Of a stretch of DNA of 64,000 bases, positions 35,250-50,000 are shown one piece after another; position 1 is the first letter of the stretch, and each line of letters begins with the position of its first letter. Source of the stretch: Balanoglossus misakiensis (lineage: Eukaryota; Animalia; Hemichordata); the NCBI GenBank assembly GCA_040954595.2, contig CM082583.2:13297864-13361863 (forward strand). Direction: 5' to 3'. Both the position numbers and the translations under genes were made by a program. The notes below the pieces were generated by a model that saw only the letters and a list, made by a program, of their open reading frames with translations, had not been told where the DNA came from and searched no databases.

Positions 35250-35935
35250 ATGACCGTGGTTTGTCACATATGTACGTCTACATGGTACGTCCATCTCCAT
35301 GGTCCATGCTAGCTGCGATGATTGTAGCGGGTGCTGCTAAGTTCGCAGTCCTACCTGCATGCAAACACACCAGTCAACCTCCCTTATCATTTTGCAGTTG
35401 GGAACATACATCCACAATAACCTGGATGTCATCCGGATTTCCGTTCGTGTCCTCACAGCAACGTTTTCATACCATGTTGGCCGGGCAATAATATTTGATA
35501 TGCAAATTTCGTAGATAGATCCCAAAGAAGCGCGTGTTATGTCAGACGGTAAACTCTCCTGTTTCATGTTGTGATCTGCGTGGTCTCTGCGACTGGTAGC
35601 TTCAGGTGCCACGTATTCATTGAATACAATTCTCAGTTCAACATCGGTGCATGCGGTTAGGGTGTCCGACACATTTTAGAGCGAGCCCCGTATCCATAGA
35701 TTAAGATCGTGACAACAAAACGGGTGAGTTACTATTCAGTGTGTTGGGTTGGTGGGCGAGTTGAATTTACTAAAATTTAGAAGAGGGTGGATTATATTCT
35801 ATTCACGAAGAATTTTGCTAACATTGCTATCATCACACTAGACTCCGGGGAGAACTCAAAAAGGCAAAGAGGTAGTTGGCCTCTTGTTTGATCGTAGCTC
35901 CATGATTTGGCACTACTGAGCGCCATTTTTGATTT

Positions 35936-35969
35936 ATCGAACCATGGACTTTTACGTCCATGATCGAAC
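35936..35969. mobile_element. 20-bp TIR micro-insertion with 7-bp target-site duplication
   Basis: ATCGAAC-[CATGGAC ttttac GTCCATG]-ATCGAAC. Confidence 0.65.
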
Positions 35970-37018
35970 TGGCAAAAGGTTAACTATATTAACCGCATCT
36001 GAATGACATCGACCACGGTCACGTGGAGTGACTGTGCATCGACGTACCAACAAAGAATACTTGGCGTGACACAGACTTGATAAATTAAAATGTTATCGGG
36101 CGAGAATCACATGTTTTAACTTCCAAGTTATGTCGGTCAATGGCGAAAACATGGCAGTCCTTTCCACAAAATTATTTACACTCAATAATATTACGTAAGA
36201 CTTAATAGCACAAATAGCACAACTCATACATCTATTCTTTAGGGGTTATTCCAGCGCCCAGTTTCAATTTTCAGTATGCTGGCCACATTTCTTTTCTTTT
36301 TACAATTGGATTTCAAAACACTGGGAGGTGTGCAAATGTAGTGGTTCTAAATTTACAAAGAGCTATTTTCAACACCATTTTCGCTACACAGCTTAAATAT
36401 GGTTCTAAAGCAACTCTTTCCAGATACTGGTTCAGAAATAAAACTACTATAACCATACCATGTACAGTAGGGTTAGCCTGAAACATCTTGCTCAGTTATT
36501 GAACCACTTTTTCTAGTGCAACCAGATCTACTCGATGCATCGGTTTTGAAGAATGTCAGAGCTCAACATAAACGATCATATGTTCGTCGGTTTGACTGTC
36601 AGATCTGTTTTACTCATTGCTGAAGGCGTGATAGCACTGTGCCTGAGATTTGCATGGATTTTATTTCTAAGCCTAATAATATCTCATTCTTTCCTTCTTT
36701 CCAGTAGACCAATGGGAAGAAGGCTTACAAGAAACACCCCCTGGTGCAAGATAATTCGGTCCTGTAACGATGGTAACCTTCGTGGGAGGTAATCTTGGCT
36801 GCTCTACGAGAAGGGAAATTAGGTTGTCTTCGATCTCAAGTTGAGGAAAGAGGACGTTTAGAAACCATGCGCGGTTTTCTGCGTCGAATTGTCAATCACA
36901 CATAGAAGCTACCTCAGATGGTAATAACATTTTCAAGGATTTTCTAACAATATTTGAAAACGTGGCTAAACCGGAGACCGAATCACGTCCGTGTGTCAGC
37001 CTAGATGACGTCGCTATC

Positions 37019-38543
37019 ATGGCGTTATTTCATATACGTGGCGTAGGATGCCCTTGCCGAACACGCCACCTTTTACGGAACGCATGTATTGGCATTGCAA
37101 TTCTCACCGCCGCTCTGATAGCCTTCCATCGATGGGAAAGCAGCATTAGGTAAGATTTGCGAATCTAAACATACTGAGGATGCATGCTGCCAGAGGCGCT
37201 GTGTTCCCAGTGTCCGGCTGATAGGTCTATCATATCGTTCCGCAACTATTGTCCTGGCAGTGACGTGTTCCAGACGACGAGCAGGATTGTCGTTTTTCAT
37301 CTCTGCATGTTTATGGCATTCTGATAGCTTCAGATGTGCTTGCTATTTGTTTTACTTTAAACCCTCTAAATTGTTTTTTTTCTGTAGTATTTACGAAGTG
37401 AAGCGGGATTCCAAGTTCGACTCCAGCTCCGTAGAGAAGTCCACTGTCAAAATTGCCAACAAGCGTGAACTTGTTACCCCTAGCAACCAGAGCAACACCA
37501 GTAAGGAGTCTGGCGAACATAAAGATCCACGCTTTTTGCAGCTAGAGTCGAAATTTCCCTGGATTGTTCGTCGAAATTTTTTGGTAAATTATTTTACAAG
37601 AAGAAAAAATAACAGTGACGGAAAGGACGATTATGGACGAAGCAAGTTAGTCTTTCTTCACCATAACAAAGCGGCAGGCACCACTGTAAAGACATGTCTC
37701 ACTAGTTTAGCATCACGAAATTCCTTACGTTTAGGTCCCGTATTGGCCAGTAACTCTCGAGTCGGGATCCACACTTCCTCTTCTCGAAAAAATCGCTACG
37801 AAAACGTTCGCATTTTTATGGGTGGATATTCATTCGGGCTTTGTGACGAATTCCAGAGCGAGGCTCCATGTTCGTACTTCACATTCCTGCGTCATCCGTA
37901 CGAGAGAGTCATATCCTCGTTCGAGTACTGCAAACGAGCTAGGTCGGATCAGCTTTGCTCCGTCCTCAACGCGAACGAGGTGACAATCAATGAATGGGCA
38001 AAACACCAAGGAAACTTCTTTTACAGACAGGTCCTTTTCAAACCAGAATTTTGCATGAAAGAGTTTAATCCGTACGTGAACCTTCGTGTAAACTCAGAAG
38101 CGCACGATATAAAATGGAACAACAATGTAATGTCCATCTCCTGCTGGTTTCGGGAGAAGTTGGCGCTACAAAATATCACAACTGAATCAGAACGCGATTT
38201 ACTGTTGGACTACATTCTCGAAAATATGGAGACTTGGTTTTCTGTGATCGGGATCGCGGAAGAATACGAAGTCTCTATGCAGCTCATGGAAAGCGTCTAC
38301 AAATTACAATTCACATCCGTCTGTGGAGGAATGAAGAAGAACTACAATTTGTACCAACAAACAAACTCGACAGATCAAAACGTTTCGAAAAAGGTGGACA
38401 GTCTGAAAGCGCAGTTAATGGCGGACCCTGCAGTTGAGAAATCTCTATTCTATGATATGCTAATTTATGAAAAGGCTACTGAAATATTTGAGAAGCAGAA
38501 ACAAGTTTATACGCAGAATGAGTCCAGGAACCAAAACCGATGA
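37019..38543 (+). CDS. Golgi-type (type II membrane) carbohydrate sulfotransferase family protein, ~428 aa
   Basis: Exon 37019-37149 (MALFH...ACIGIAILTAALIAF signal anchor, ag|gtaaga) joins in phase 2 to exon 37388-38543. 5'-PSB-like LVFLHHNKAAGTT and 3'-PB-like YFTFLRHPYERVISSFEY motifs. AATAAA at 38846-38851. Confidence 0.85.
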
Positions 38544-41500
38544 TTTTTTCGACTTGTTACTAGAGTGGTATAAATGGTCTGCGGGGATTCAATTTTTCAA
38601 ATGGTGGTTACATTGCTTAAATTATACGAATGTTTTCCACTTTGTTGACTTATTTGACAAAGAGCTCCAAATAGTTTTGTTTATGACAATGTTGTTGTCT
38701 GAGTAAAGATTGATGACAAACGCGTACAGGACAACGTAGCCTCTAATCCTATCAGTGTTGGTAGTGAGGTAGGCTAAAACCTCCATGGCGGTACTTCGTG
38801 GTGCCTTCGTTTTTAGACTCAGATGCGATCATTACGTGTCAAGAGAATAAACGAATGACTATAATCTGACGACCTCGTCTTGTCAAGTTGTAACATTTAA
38901 TTATGTTGATTGATTATCTATTTACAATGTATTACGCTAGCGTTGTGTCAACGCTGAATAAGAATTCTTGAGATCTTGATATTCTATCAAGTGAAGTATT
39001 TTCACATTGCTTCTGGCCGATAACATTCTTATAGAATATTTACGAAGCCTGTGCAATATTTTTGTTTTAGTATTGCCCATTGTATTTTGCTTAGTTTGTT
39101 ATTTTGTCATGTACAATATTGACCAGCAATTTTTCACCACAAAAGCAAAAAGAGAGTACCACCATAGACAGTAATTTTGTTGTTTCGGTTTCACATCATA
39201 CAAGTTACCGCGCTTTGGCGGAACTTGCTGAGTTGTCGGTTGTAAATTTACAGTTTTTTACAGTTTTACATTCATTTGGTGTACATGCGAAAGCACTTAA
39301 TTTTTGACATATTTTGGTGCGCAAAATTAATTGGACGTATGTAAAAGCTATGCTTCAAACTAAATCATGAATGTTTTTAAAAAGTCTCGATGACCAGGTT
39401 TTATGGAGTAATGTCTTATTTTTCCGACATAACGTGATTGACGTGAGAGATTGGATGGTGTACGGTAGTCAGGCCGGGTACGCGTTCCAAGGTGATACAT
39501 GGGAAGAAGCATTGGAGCCCTCTAGAGGCGAGCTTTAAAATAAATACATGGAATTCGAGTTTAAAGTTGAAACTACTGTTGGCAGAAATGATTTTTTGAA
39601 AAGTTTTTTTTTCACTAGGAACCGTATAATGTCTCCCCGATTGGAGCTTCCGTTCGTCCGATGCTGATAGGGCAGGAAAAGCTGACTTGTAAAGATTATT
39701 TCAAGTTGGCAAATATCCATGGGGATTGCGTCGGTCTGCATCTCTTCAGCTACGTGTCTGCCATGGCGACAGAACTACCAGAGGAACAACGTCACAAAAT
39801 AATGCCTTGGGCGTATTTACGGGTTTCTTTTATGAATATCACTCTCGACTTAAGTCGACAAGATTAGCAAAATAGAATGTCGATTGTCAGTTATTACTCT
39901 TTTGAACTGCGAATGTGATTGGTCAGGAAGAGATTTTGCGTGGGTCATCATAGTTTCATAAGTTGTATTTTTCGCCATATGCATTTCGCGTCATTTCAAT
40001 TTTTAATCATTGTCGCTCTTTATTATGTATGTTAACACAATCTCGTTCAACTGACTGTCATTTTCCGAAGAGCCATTGCGATCATATTTCAGTGTATAGT
40101 GGCACACAGTCGACGCGTGATCACTGCGGCACTAGGCGTCAAACGAACCGCCTAGAAGATAGACTTGCTGTAAGATGAGATATTTCATTTCAAGATGGAA
40201 GAAAAAAGGGATACTCAAGGATGTCTAAATGTCATTTTTAATTCCTCGCAGCTACACCGGATAATCCCTTCTTCGACCCACGCACTTTCGCGCGCGATAC
40301 CCCCCCCCCTTCTACTCAGTTCGATAATATGCAACTTTTAATTTGTAAATTTTGAACGCAGACGATCGCAATAACATCTGCAACTATGTTACTTGTTTTT
40401 AATTTCCTTGTTGGTTTTTAGAAAGCCCCCCCCCCAGCGGCATATTTAAGGGTTACAGAAAGTAAGCGAAAACTCTCCCTTTTCTAACGCAGACAGTAAT
40501 AATAAGAGAAATGTTAAGATTTGATACACCCTTTAAATAATGCTTGAACTTTGCCCCTACCCTCTGTGCAATATCTTGTAAAATATTAAGTGTGGCATCA
40601 CGTGACAGGAAGAGCCTATGGTCACTTTATAACAGTAGCCGATGACGACACTATTTTGTGGTGCATAAGAAGTAAATGGCGTTGTCATGGTTTTGTCACC
40701 ACGGCCAGTGGAAAAATGAATTGGCTCGGTGTATTAAAAAAGTAGTGGAATACTAGTATTTTAGAAAACACACCCGAGCTCAAATTAAGCTGTAAATTTA
40801 CAGACATAACGTTTCGTTTTTATCCCATATGAGCCAGACAATCATTTTCTCAAAGGCACATAAAAAGAAAAAAATATCCATCATTGATCGTCTTGTGTTC
40901 CAGAGAAACTTTATCCACTCTCCTCTCCTGGTCTAACATAATCGAATTTGTATGAAAATCCCTGAGCGCAGCAGGCATCACCAAAAGGATTGCCAACAAA
41001 GGTCACTCTTCGTGTTTCTAAATTGCACAATTCAAGTTTGACCCTCTGCGACTCTTTCATTCACGTTGGAGTCACGTGAACCAGTCGGACGGGTTTGCGT
41101 TTCCAAAACAACCACATCGGTCCCCTTCTGGTGCAAGGACAACCCCCCAACAGCCCACGTCACACATTTGGGTAAAACTGAACGCTTGTACACTTGTTCA
41201 GTTATTTTCAAACGGACACCGATTCAAGTTACATGGAATACACGTGTGTGTTCGACAAAACGGCATGCGCCACGATCTACGGTATGTTGAAATGTTTAAA
41301 AAAGTTTCACATTTTTCTGTACGTACCATACTGCTATTCGCCAGATGTGTCACATGACATTGCTTCAAATTGGTGACGTGTCCCCCGCTGCACAGTAGTG
41401 ATGTTGGAGTTTTGAACGTCTACATTAGTCACAGTTGAAGCATGGCCGACACAACCTGGCATTAAAAGAGATTATTGTTAGAATGTCAGATATGCTGTGT

Positions 41501-42640
41501 TTTACCTATGATGTGGCAAGTTCTGGAATTCCTTTGATGTGTTGAAGAGGAGTGACGACTACACTGCATCTATTATCCTGAATCAGTGACAGAACTTGTT
41601 CTCAACATGATTTGTAAACTGGTGAAATAAGGACGTCGCACTAAATTTTATGCGCACACATACCACAATTGATCTTGCTGGAAAAATCAGTAAGATATTA
41701 GAGCGCAAATCTCCAAATTGGCGGACCATAAGAATGCCTTTGGTCAAAAGTGAATCTGGCACAGCATGGCAAAGACGACGCGATAAAACGATATCAATTC
41801 GACGCATCTATGCTATCGTCCATAATGTTAGCATCAATAAAAATTTAACCACCCCAAGTTTGGCTTGGCTTTCAGAAGTCAAAAATTGCGACAGGTGTTT
41901 TGAAGCACATCTCTCGAAGGATAGCCAGTGTATGTTTTTTGTTAGTCATTTTTGGAGTGATCGTGTGTTGGTGAACTTCTACGCGCCGAGCTAGTCAACT
42001 TGTGGGTGAACTTTGTCTATATATATAGAAGGTGTCAATCATGCCCCACGGAGACTATTTACGCAGCTTTACAAAAGACCTGTGATCATGGTGTTGTTTT
42101 GATGTGTGAACACGCCTAATTTGCTGCCAAACTTTGTGAAGGAAGGGAAACAATACTTAACAATGGGGTGACGACAATTATTGTCCGTCGCATGTCACCT
42201 GCACTGACGTTTTGGGCGTCTTGTCTTCGCCTTCGTGCGAAAACCATAAAAAAAACTTTTTGGTTGGCGATCAGTATGTCAGTACACAATACTTTTAGCT
42301 TTTCAGTGTATTAAATGTTGGCATGGCTGATAATCAGGCAGTCGTTATTCCCCGGCGAATCACACCAAGTATCAGCACCGCTGGATCTTGGAGCCTGCCC
42401 TCAGAACACCCCTTTGCAAGAGTGGCTTCGTCCAGTCTATCAAATGAAAGGTGACTATTGCGACGAATAACACGTGAGATCAGTGGTTGTGGAGATCGAG
42501 ATTGTCAAACAGTGTTTGGCACGCACAGACATTCCCGGACGCGCGGCGCCAAGTTATACAGCATCCGTCAAGAGCAGGCATTGGGCGCTTTCATCATTTG
42601 CATCATGATAATACCCGAAAATTGAAATATCACAGCAGTT

Positions 42641-42647
42641 ATGGAAG
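42641..42647 (+). CDS. Candidate first coding exon (ME-g) of the synaptotagmin
   Basis: ATGGAAG|gtagag supplies the phase-1 start required by the exon at 47031 (giving MEVYVQYVLG..., 451 aa total). A TATA-like run lies at 42018-42027. The donor is weak, so this is tentative. Confidence 0.3.
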
Positions 42648-45600
42648 GTAGAGTTTGCATTCTTCTTTGATCCTTCTGTGGATAAAACGTCATTTATCTT
42701 TCTAGGTTAATTGTTTTCCCATATTTCATGATGAATGTACGTGCAGAAAATCGATTGCTCAAAGACCCATAGGTATCCATACGTATTATCAGATAAGATA
42801 GCATAATTACCATAAAGTTTTTCTTGATTATGCTTTTGTAGAGGTTACTAGATATTTGTCGATGACTAACGTACATATTTGTTCCAATGCTTATGAACTG
42901 GAGAATTGGAACTTGCTGCCAATCTAGTTTACGGTGTCTAGGTTCTTTTGGGTGCTTTTGTGCGGTTGTCCGGTATGGCCTCGATGCCTGCACTACAAGA
43001 CGTCGAGTTACTCTACATTCTCAGGAACATATCGGTCGGCGTTGTTCAGTTTGACCGTCTACGTTTCAGAGACGGTCAGCGATAACTCTAGTTCAATATT
43101 GTCTACGTTTGGTCTGTAATAACTCTCGTTTCAAACAACAGCGACAAGGAAAGGAAGATGTATTTCTGACAGAGATTGGAGAATGGTTTAATACGCTCAA
43201 ATATCTTGACATTTCCGTTGATTTTATTATTTATTTGAATTTACTTGATATTCTCGCCGCAGGGCTTTTGCAGCTCGAGTTTGATATCCGGGATTATGTG
43301 TTACCCAGTGGCAATCGCACGGTCACGAATCACACAAGAAATGATGTGTACCGCGACATGTACGGTTTCGTAAGATTGTCATAAAAACACGCCGCGCAAT
43401 TCTTTGTTTGCTCATAACTGCGCGGTGTTCTCTAACGTCTGTTCTTGAAATATTTTCGATGCTTTCAACGTATAGCATCATTTTGAATAGGCGGTGTGAG
43501 CTATTCTCAGCACGGTGTGAACTGAATATGTAACAAGCGTGCGGCTTAACGAAAGAAAACTTAATGGCCAACAGGGGAATGAAATCACATTTACAACGCG
43601 AGGCGACACAAAATCGCGCGTGATTTCAGCGCGTCTCACACGCAAATGTTTGTGGAATGTGTTCAAATTCAAAGCAGAGACTTATGATAGTGGATGAGAC
43701 TGAGAGTTGAGTTGTCAATTGACTTTTTAAAACCGTGGATGAAAAGTCTGATTACTGGTTGAAACCAGAAATTAGATGTCTACCTGAATTTACCGATTTC
43801 CATACTGAACTATACCATTAGATGCTGCAAATCGTAACTCGGATGTGATGATGTTACGTGGAAAGAGATTTCTGAAAGTTTCATGACTTGAGTCGGTGAT
43901 TAAGTTCTGTCGGCGTACACCGTTGATCAGAGACATGGTCATCGATCGAAGGACAGCGGTGACGCACATGTTCTGTCAAATACAGTAATCAGCAGGATAT
44001 CCTGAGCTTTACAGAGATGAGCAGGCAGCATCCACAAGTCCCACTTTGTGTGTCTTTGTGCGCTTATCTCAAACACGCGGGCACGTGTTGGAAAACATGA
44101 ACTGTTCGACTTATCGGTTTATTTGCTTGAATAGTGTCAGGATGGCGATTGTGTTTTCAAGCGATCTGAAGTACGATTCTTTCAGGCAGTGCAATTATGT
44201 TGTATGTTATTCTACATCCCGAGTGACTTTTATCAGATAGAAATCACTCTGTTATCAATTATGCATATCAGTATATTAATTTAGGCCTACGTTTTCACCG
44301 ATGCTAGGCACGTCTGAAATCGGAGACAGTATAGCAGACCGTGACTTCATTTTAAAACGTTTTGAGGCTCAAATAAACAGGGCCCATCCTTTTCTCTATG
44401 GCATCATTGTAATCGATTGTTTTGGGCAAACATCTCCCTTATTGCCATTTTTGTTACTCAACGGATTTTGTGTCGCCAAAGAATACATACCCCGTCAGAA
44501 AAGTGCGGCGTGGATATGCATGTTCTCAAATAGCTAGGCGTGGACATGATCAATTTCGTGCATGTAAATGTCACATGACGCAGGTGCATACACACGAGGT
44601 TGTGTACGAAGACGTGTGCCCCGGGGCAACATCAGATGAAATGTGTACTCTTCGGAAATTAAGAAAGTATGACACGGTCAGAAATGGCGGCGCGGTTACT
44701 CCGCCTACGTAGTGACATTTGAAACCGCTCTGCCGAGGCAATTTTGTGTTCATTACAATTCGTTTTTGATTCACATGAAAATGTCACCACACGTGATAGT
44801 ATCAATCTCACAAACTTTAAGCACCTTTTTCAACCGGGATTTCTCCTCTCTGTCTTATGAAGGACAAAGAAAGTATCCAGGTACATCTAATTCGACACTT
44901 CTGCCCCAAGACGTAGGCTCCTGACGTCAGAGTGACGTCAATTTTGTCTTCGCATACGCCTAACATTCAGGAAGATTATTTGAGTCACTATTCGAATGGT
45001 TTCCTCCCTGCGGTGTTGTCCGACATAATGCGCCATGAAACAGATAATCTCGATTTGCACAAGCACTGTCGTCAGTATATAGTTACAGTAAGGCAACTTT
45101 ACTGCGGAAAACCTTCATGTGTTGGCAAGTGGGAGGAGTCCGTCTGGGAGTTGACATTTACCTTTTTTTTGTTATCGGCGTAGATTCCCAAAGTAGACAA
45201 CTTTAACTGGGGTAACGTATGCAGAACCTCGCTATTATGGCTTCCCATGGGGCCACAAAACGTTTCGCAGCAGCTATTCCAATTCTGCGATAAAAATCCA
45301 CGTTTTCTAAGGGATTATTTTTTGGGGGGAAATAAAACAAACTACTTCGCAACAGCTTTTATAGGAAGGAAGACTTGATTCTCACCACCTGCGTGGCATT
45401 TCGCTAAAACACGGGAACAACACGCTGTGCTATAGACACAGGGAAACAATGTACAAAAAGTTAATCTTCCTCTTTACCTTTCTCTCCGGCAAATGCGTGA
45501 GTCAGTGGAGAAGAAGACGAAATGCGCGGGCGTTGACCGTAATTGGGTGACGAAAAAGCCCACTTTACGGTTTCCTTATCACATTTAAAGATCATGTCAA

Positions 45601-46030
45601 CGATGCAAAACCGAATTGTTCAGCGAAATGTTCGCACTTTCACAAAGGCCATCAGGGTCTTCTGAAATGGCATTTCTTCCTGCTTACTACGAAAGTCCAA
45701 GAGAGATATGTTTATTAATTGGAAACCAAACACGACGTCGTGTTCACCTTGCCCACATGTCCAAAATTAAACACATAGTGATATTTTATGTCCAAGTATT
45801 TACATAATCATGTCTCATTTACTCAAGTAATTTTAATAACTTAAATACATTAATAAAATATGCATGGGTGAGTCTAGTTATATCAAGCAAAAGTGATGAA
45901 CATGTATAAACTTGTCAAGAGGCGTGTTATTAAACTGACCAGAAAGATACGAATGTAGGTTTCAAAGAGATGCCTCACCCTCGACTTCATTTGTCACGCA
46001 ACAGGACTAACCTGGATGGGGAAAGCTTGA

Positions 46031-46395
46031 AACTAGAACACAAGCTCTGTCGAGTGCACTTTTATCCAGATGCAAGACATGTCACACTTTCCCTTTCTGA
46101 TTATTCGCCTAATTTCCCCAAATCACAACAGATTAAATCTGCCTAGCAACCGACACCTGACAACCGACCGATGTACATTGCGTATTCACAAAGTGTACTG
46201 GCAGTATGCGTGCCAGTAACACTACATGTTGAGAAAACATGCTCATCGAGTCAATGTCACAGTGTCACGGAATTCATGCGAGGAAACAACTGTTTTCTAT
46301 TGACAGAAGGATGGACGGACGACAGACAGATAGACTGTCATTCATCATACAAGCTACGCTGCCTTAAAGCCGTTTTAGTGTCAGTAACAATAAGT
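46031..46395. mobile_element. Possible Helentron/DINE-like non-autonomous element remnant in the synaptotagmin intron
   Basis: Begins with aactaga and has a GACA/GACG microsatellite near the other end (46303-46335), a layout typical of HINE/DINE elements. No clear sub-TIR pair found. Confidence 0.25.
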
Positions 46396-47030
46396 AAAAT
46401 ATGAAAAGGCGCACATTATTCGCATAATAAGGGAAAAGGTCAAACTTTAAAGTTACAACTTCTGAAGCCTTCATGATGCAGAGTTCAATAAATTAGGTCA
46501 TTTATAAAATCGGGTTTTCAAGATTATGTCAAGAGGTGTGAAACCATAACAGTGAGTGGCTGAATTCACAAATTGGAGTTCAAGAAATTGGGTCACTTGT
46601 GAAAACATGTTACGCGGATTATCTCTTGACAACAGCTCAGCAACTGAATTCCCGGCAAACTTTTCCAAACCTCGAGTTTTATTTGCCCTGAATCAAAGTC
46701 ATAAAAGACTGGTTTAAAGTGGACCAAACCGTATAATGTAACATTTTATCCTTAACCATGTATATTTGAATGCTGAAAAAATTGAAAAATAATTTACCAT
46801 TCTGGTATCTATACTTTAATCGTACAACAAATCATGTGTCAACAACCAACACGTGTACGTATTCACACGCATCAAACCAACCAGTTGAGTGGAAACTGGA
46901 ACACCACAGTGAATCATGCAACCAATTCCTGAAATATTAAGGATGTCGTCGAATTATAATTTTTGGAGGAAGGAGAGGAAGTGGGGGACGGACCCTATTT
47001 ACTAACTTTTAGATTTTCATTTCTTTTCAG

Positions 47031-50000
47031 TATATGTTCAATACGTCCTGGGTGCGTGCGCAGCCATTTTCTCCTTCTTGTTCGTGCTCGGATGCATCTT
47101 ATGTTGGCGGTCGAAGAAATCGACAGAGAGGGAGAAAATAAGACCAGAGAGCGTCAGTGTGAAGATGGGAAGCTCCCCTTTTCAAAGCACAGTAGCAACA
47201 TGCCAGAGCGAAACCAAAGAATTACCGCCCAAGAAGCATTCCGGGGACGAGGAGCTGCTTTTTGACAGTTTGAGACTCATAAACGAATACAGCGAATTCC
47301 GCCGCAATTCTGCAACGGGTTCCCTGATTGGCTTAAGTCAAAGTGCAAGCGCTTCGTCCATTGCGAGCAGCTACGCCGTATCACCCTATCCTTCTCGACC
47401 GCCATCACCAAATACATTTACAGACTGGAGCAATTACAGCACAGAAACAGAAGATTTATCCGCTACCACTGATGATGGCACAAATCGGCCTCGTCCCAGG
47501 CTTGATTTTAACATCCTGTATTCACCAGTAGAATCTACCCTTGTCGTTACAGTCGCAAAGGTCGTTAACCTCCCCGTGAAAAGTGGCTCTACATGTGACA
47601 CCTTTGTGAAACTCTACCTCCTCCCACAATTCCCCGAATCGCTGCGCACAAATGTCTGCAAAAAATCCATCGAACCAGAATTCAATGAAAACTTTCAATT
47701 CCAAGGACTGTCCATAGAAGACATCGACAAATCAACCTTACGATTCAAAGTATACATCAAAGAATTCTGGAAGAAAAAGAAGAGGTTTGTCGGTGAAGTC
47801 TTGTTTCCCTGTACAGATGCAGACTTGTTGACTGAAATACCGTATGCTTACTCCAAAGAGTTGAACCCCAACAGAAGTAAAACGACCAGAAGGGTAAGAC
47901 CCGTTGGCTTGGAAACTAAATGAATGTACATGTAGTTAGTTAGTTAGGGATGAGATAGACGACTTGTGAAAAGTTTGAATTTAGACTGCGACTGGGTAAA
48001 CGAGACTAAACCCCGCACCCTTCCTCTTGTTTCACCAGAAATCGAAATCCGCAGCAGCGGCGGCAAAACGGCGAAGCAGAGGAAAGATCAACACAGGTCA
48101 CGGTGAAATATTTGTGTTGCTCCAATACCAGGCCGCGTCGAACAGGATGAAAGTTCTCGTGCGGAAGGCGGAAAACCTCGGGAAGACTAACTGGATCCCA
48201 GGCACCGCAGGTAAGTCTCCGATTGGACAGTGCTTATCACGTGAGGTCACATATGTTCCACAGTAATAATCATGCGTGTCCCACATATCCCACGCGGAGT
48301 CGACTCTTGAAAATGTGTCATCACAACCAAGAGGCATGTTACATATGATTATTTCTTAAACGCTATTAAATTTTCATCCTGTCTCTAGTCACTGCCTTAC
48401 GGAATTGTCAATGATAAATGTGATTTAGTTATTTCCTGCACGTCCGATGCCCTTTTTGTAGAAAAGAGAAGATAATACTCATCCCTACATGCACATACAA
48501 GTTGTAAGAAATATCGCAGTTCGATTCTGATCAATGTTTCAGTTAGTGTTCACATTATGCGACGACGGTTTGCATGTGAAGCCTCAGAACGTTTTAATTT
48601 CACACAGTTCGTATAGCTAGAGCCTTAGCAGAGAATTGGCCCAGCGTCGCTCGTTGCCATACTTATTGTATCATTGACATGGAATATCAAAAATGGACGT
48701 CTGTAAAGCAGGCAAGACCTTATCTCTAACAGTGTGTTTTATACTGTTTGCAGTTTATCATAGTCCAAGACGATAAGCTTAAACCTATATTAACTTAGCG
48801 GGAATACTTAATTGTGTACACCCAATCTTGCTGATTTGACTCCACCCATGTTTACATACAAATCAGTCAAATTAGCGCCCGGATACGTCTTTCAGCCGGA
48901 GATATTGGCTTTGGTATCAAGTCCATTATTTGTATCATAAGTTATAAGTTTACTATTTATTGTTAATTCAATGGTAGCACAGAATGCCAAACACGTCTTT
49001 TGTGAGATCACATTGAATCGGTTAGTGGAATTATTATGAACATTGCTGTAATTTCGTGTCAGTATTTATTTCTAGTTGCAAGCCCACGAGAATTGTGTAT
49101 CAGACACCAGACTCTAGCTAAGCTCTTGTTTAAAATGTCTTCAATCAAATTCAGTCAGCTGTGTGCCGTTCAAAGATTCTATATTTGAGGGGGCGGGGGT
49201 CGCGATGTATTCACCAAGGTCGCTCTATACTGGACAGTATTTGCACGCCATATTACCATAGATAGACGTGGGAAACTGACAAGTGTGTTAGCGGATACGA
49301 TATGACACCGAGAGATAAAATATGAAGATATGGAAGATTTCATTGTGATTATTAACTTCTGGTGCCTCGTAGGGGTTTTGCAATACGCACTGCCTATCTT
49401 CTGCAGAGTGCATGCGCAGTAGCTCCATGGGTCCTCGCACAGACTAGACAAGACAAGCGAGTTATGTTGTTTTGTATTCTGCTGAGTGATGCCAGTGAAA
49501 ATGTCCGTTTATGACGTGCGTCCATGCTTACACGGCTCAAGGCGATGCGACGGCTTGCCGTCGAATTAGGTACCAGTTGCATACAAATCATAGAGTTGAG
49601 TATTTGGCCAATCCTTGGAAACTCGCCGTTATCAGAGGAGTGCGTAGGTCTGCGAGATCACACTTACTCGCCAGAAGTTCTCGTTGACCACGTGAGCTTT
49701 CATGCTTCGAGATACATGTATTATATCATTCGAACACAGATTAATTTAATTTCTCCGTTTCAGATCATTACGTCATCGTCAACGTCACAAGACGCGGCAG
49801 AGTGGTCGATTCCAAAGAAACACGCACCCATGGGGGATATTCGCCCGTCTGGAACGAGCCTTTCCTCTTCGATGTACCCAGTAATGATGTCCAAAGTTAT
49901 ACGCTCGAATTTATTCTGATGAAGGGGCGACTGTATTCCCGTGATGGCGTCCTGGGTCACGTGTTGATTGGTCCAGACACTACGGAATCAGGCATCGCTC

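Noticed and set aside
36240-36518. Possible CACTA or Helitron end (gaaccactttttctagtg)
   Set aside because: No matching opposite terminus or convincing subterminal hairpin.
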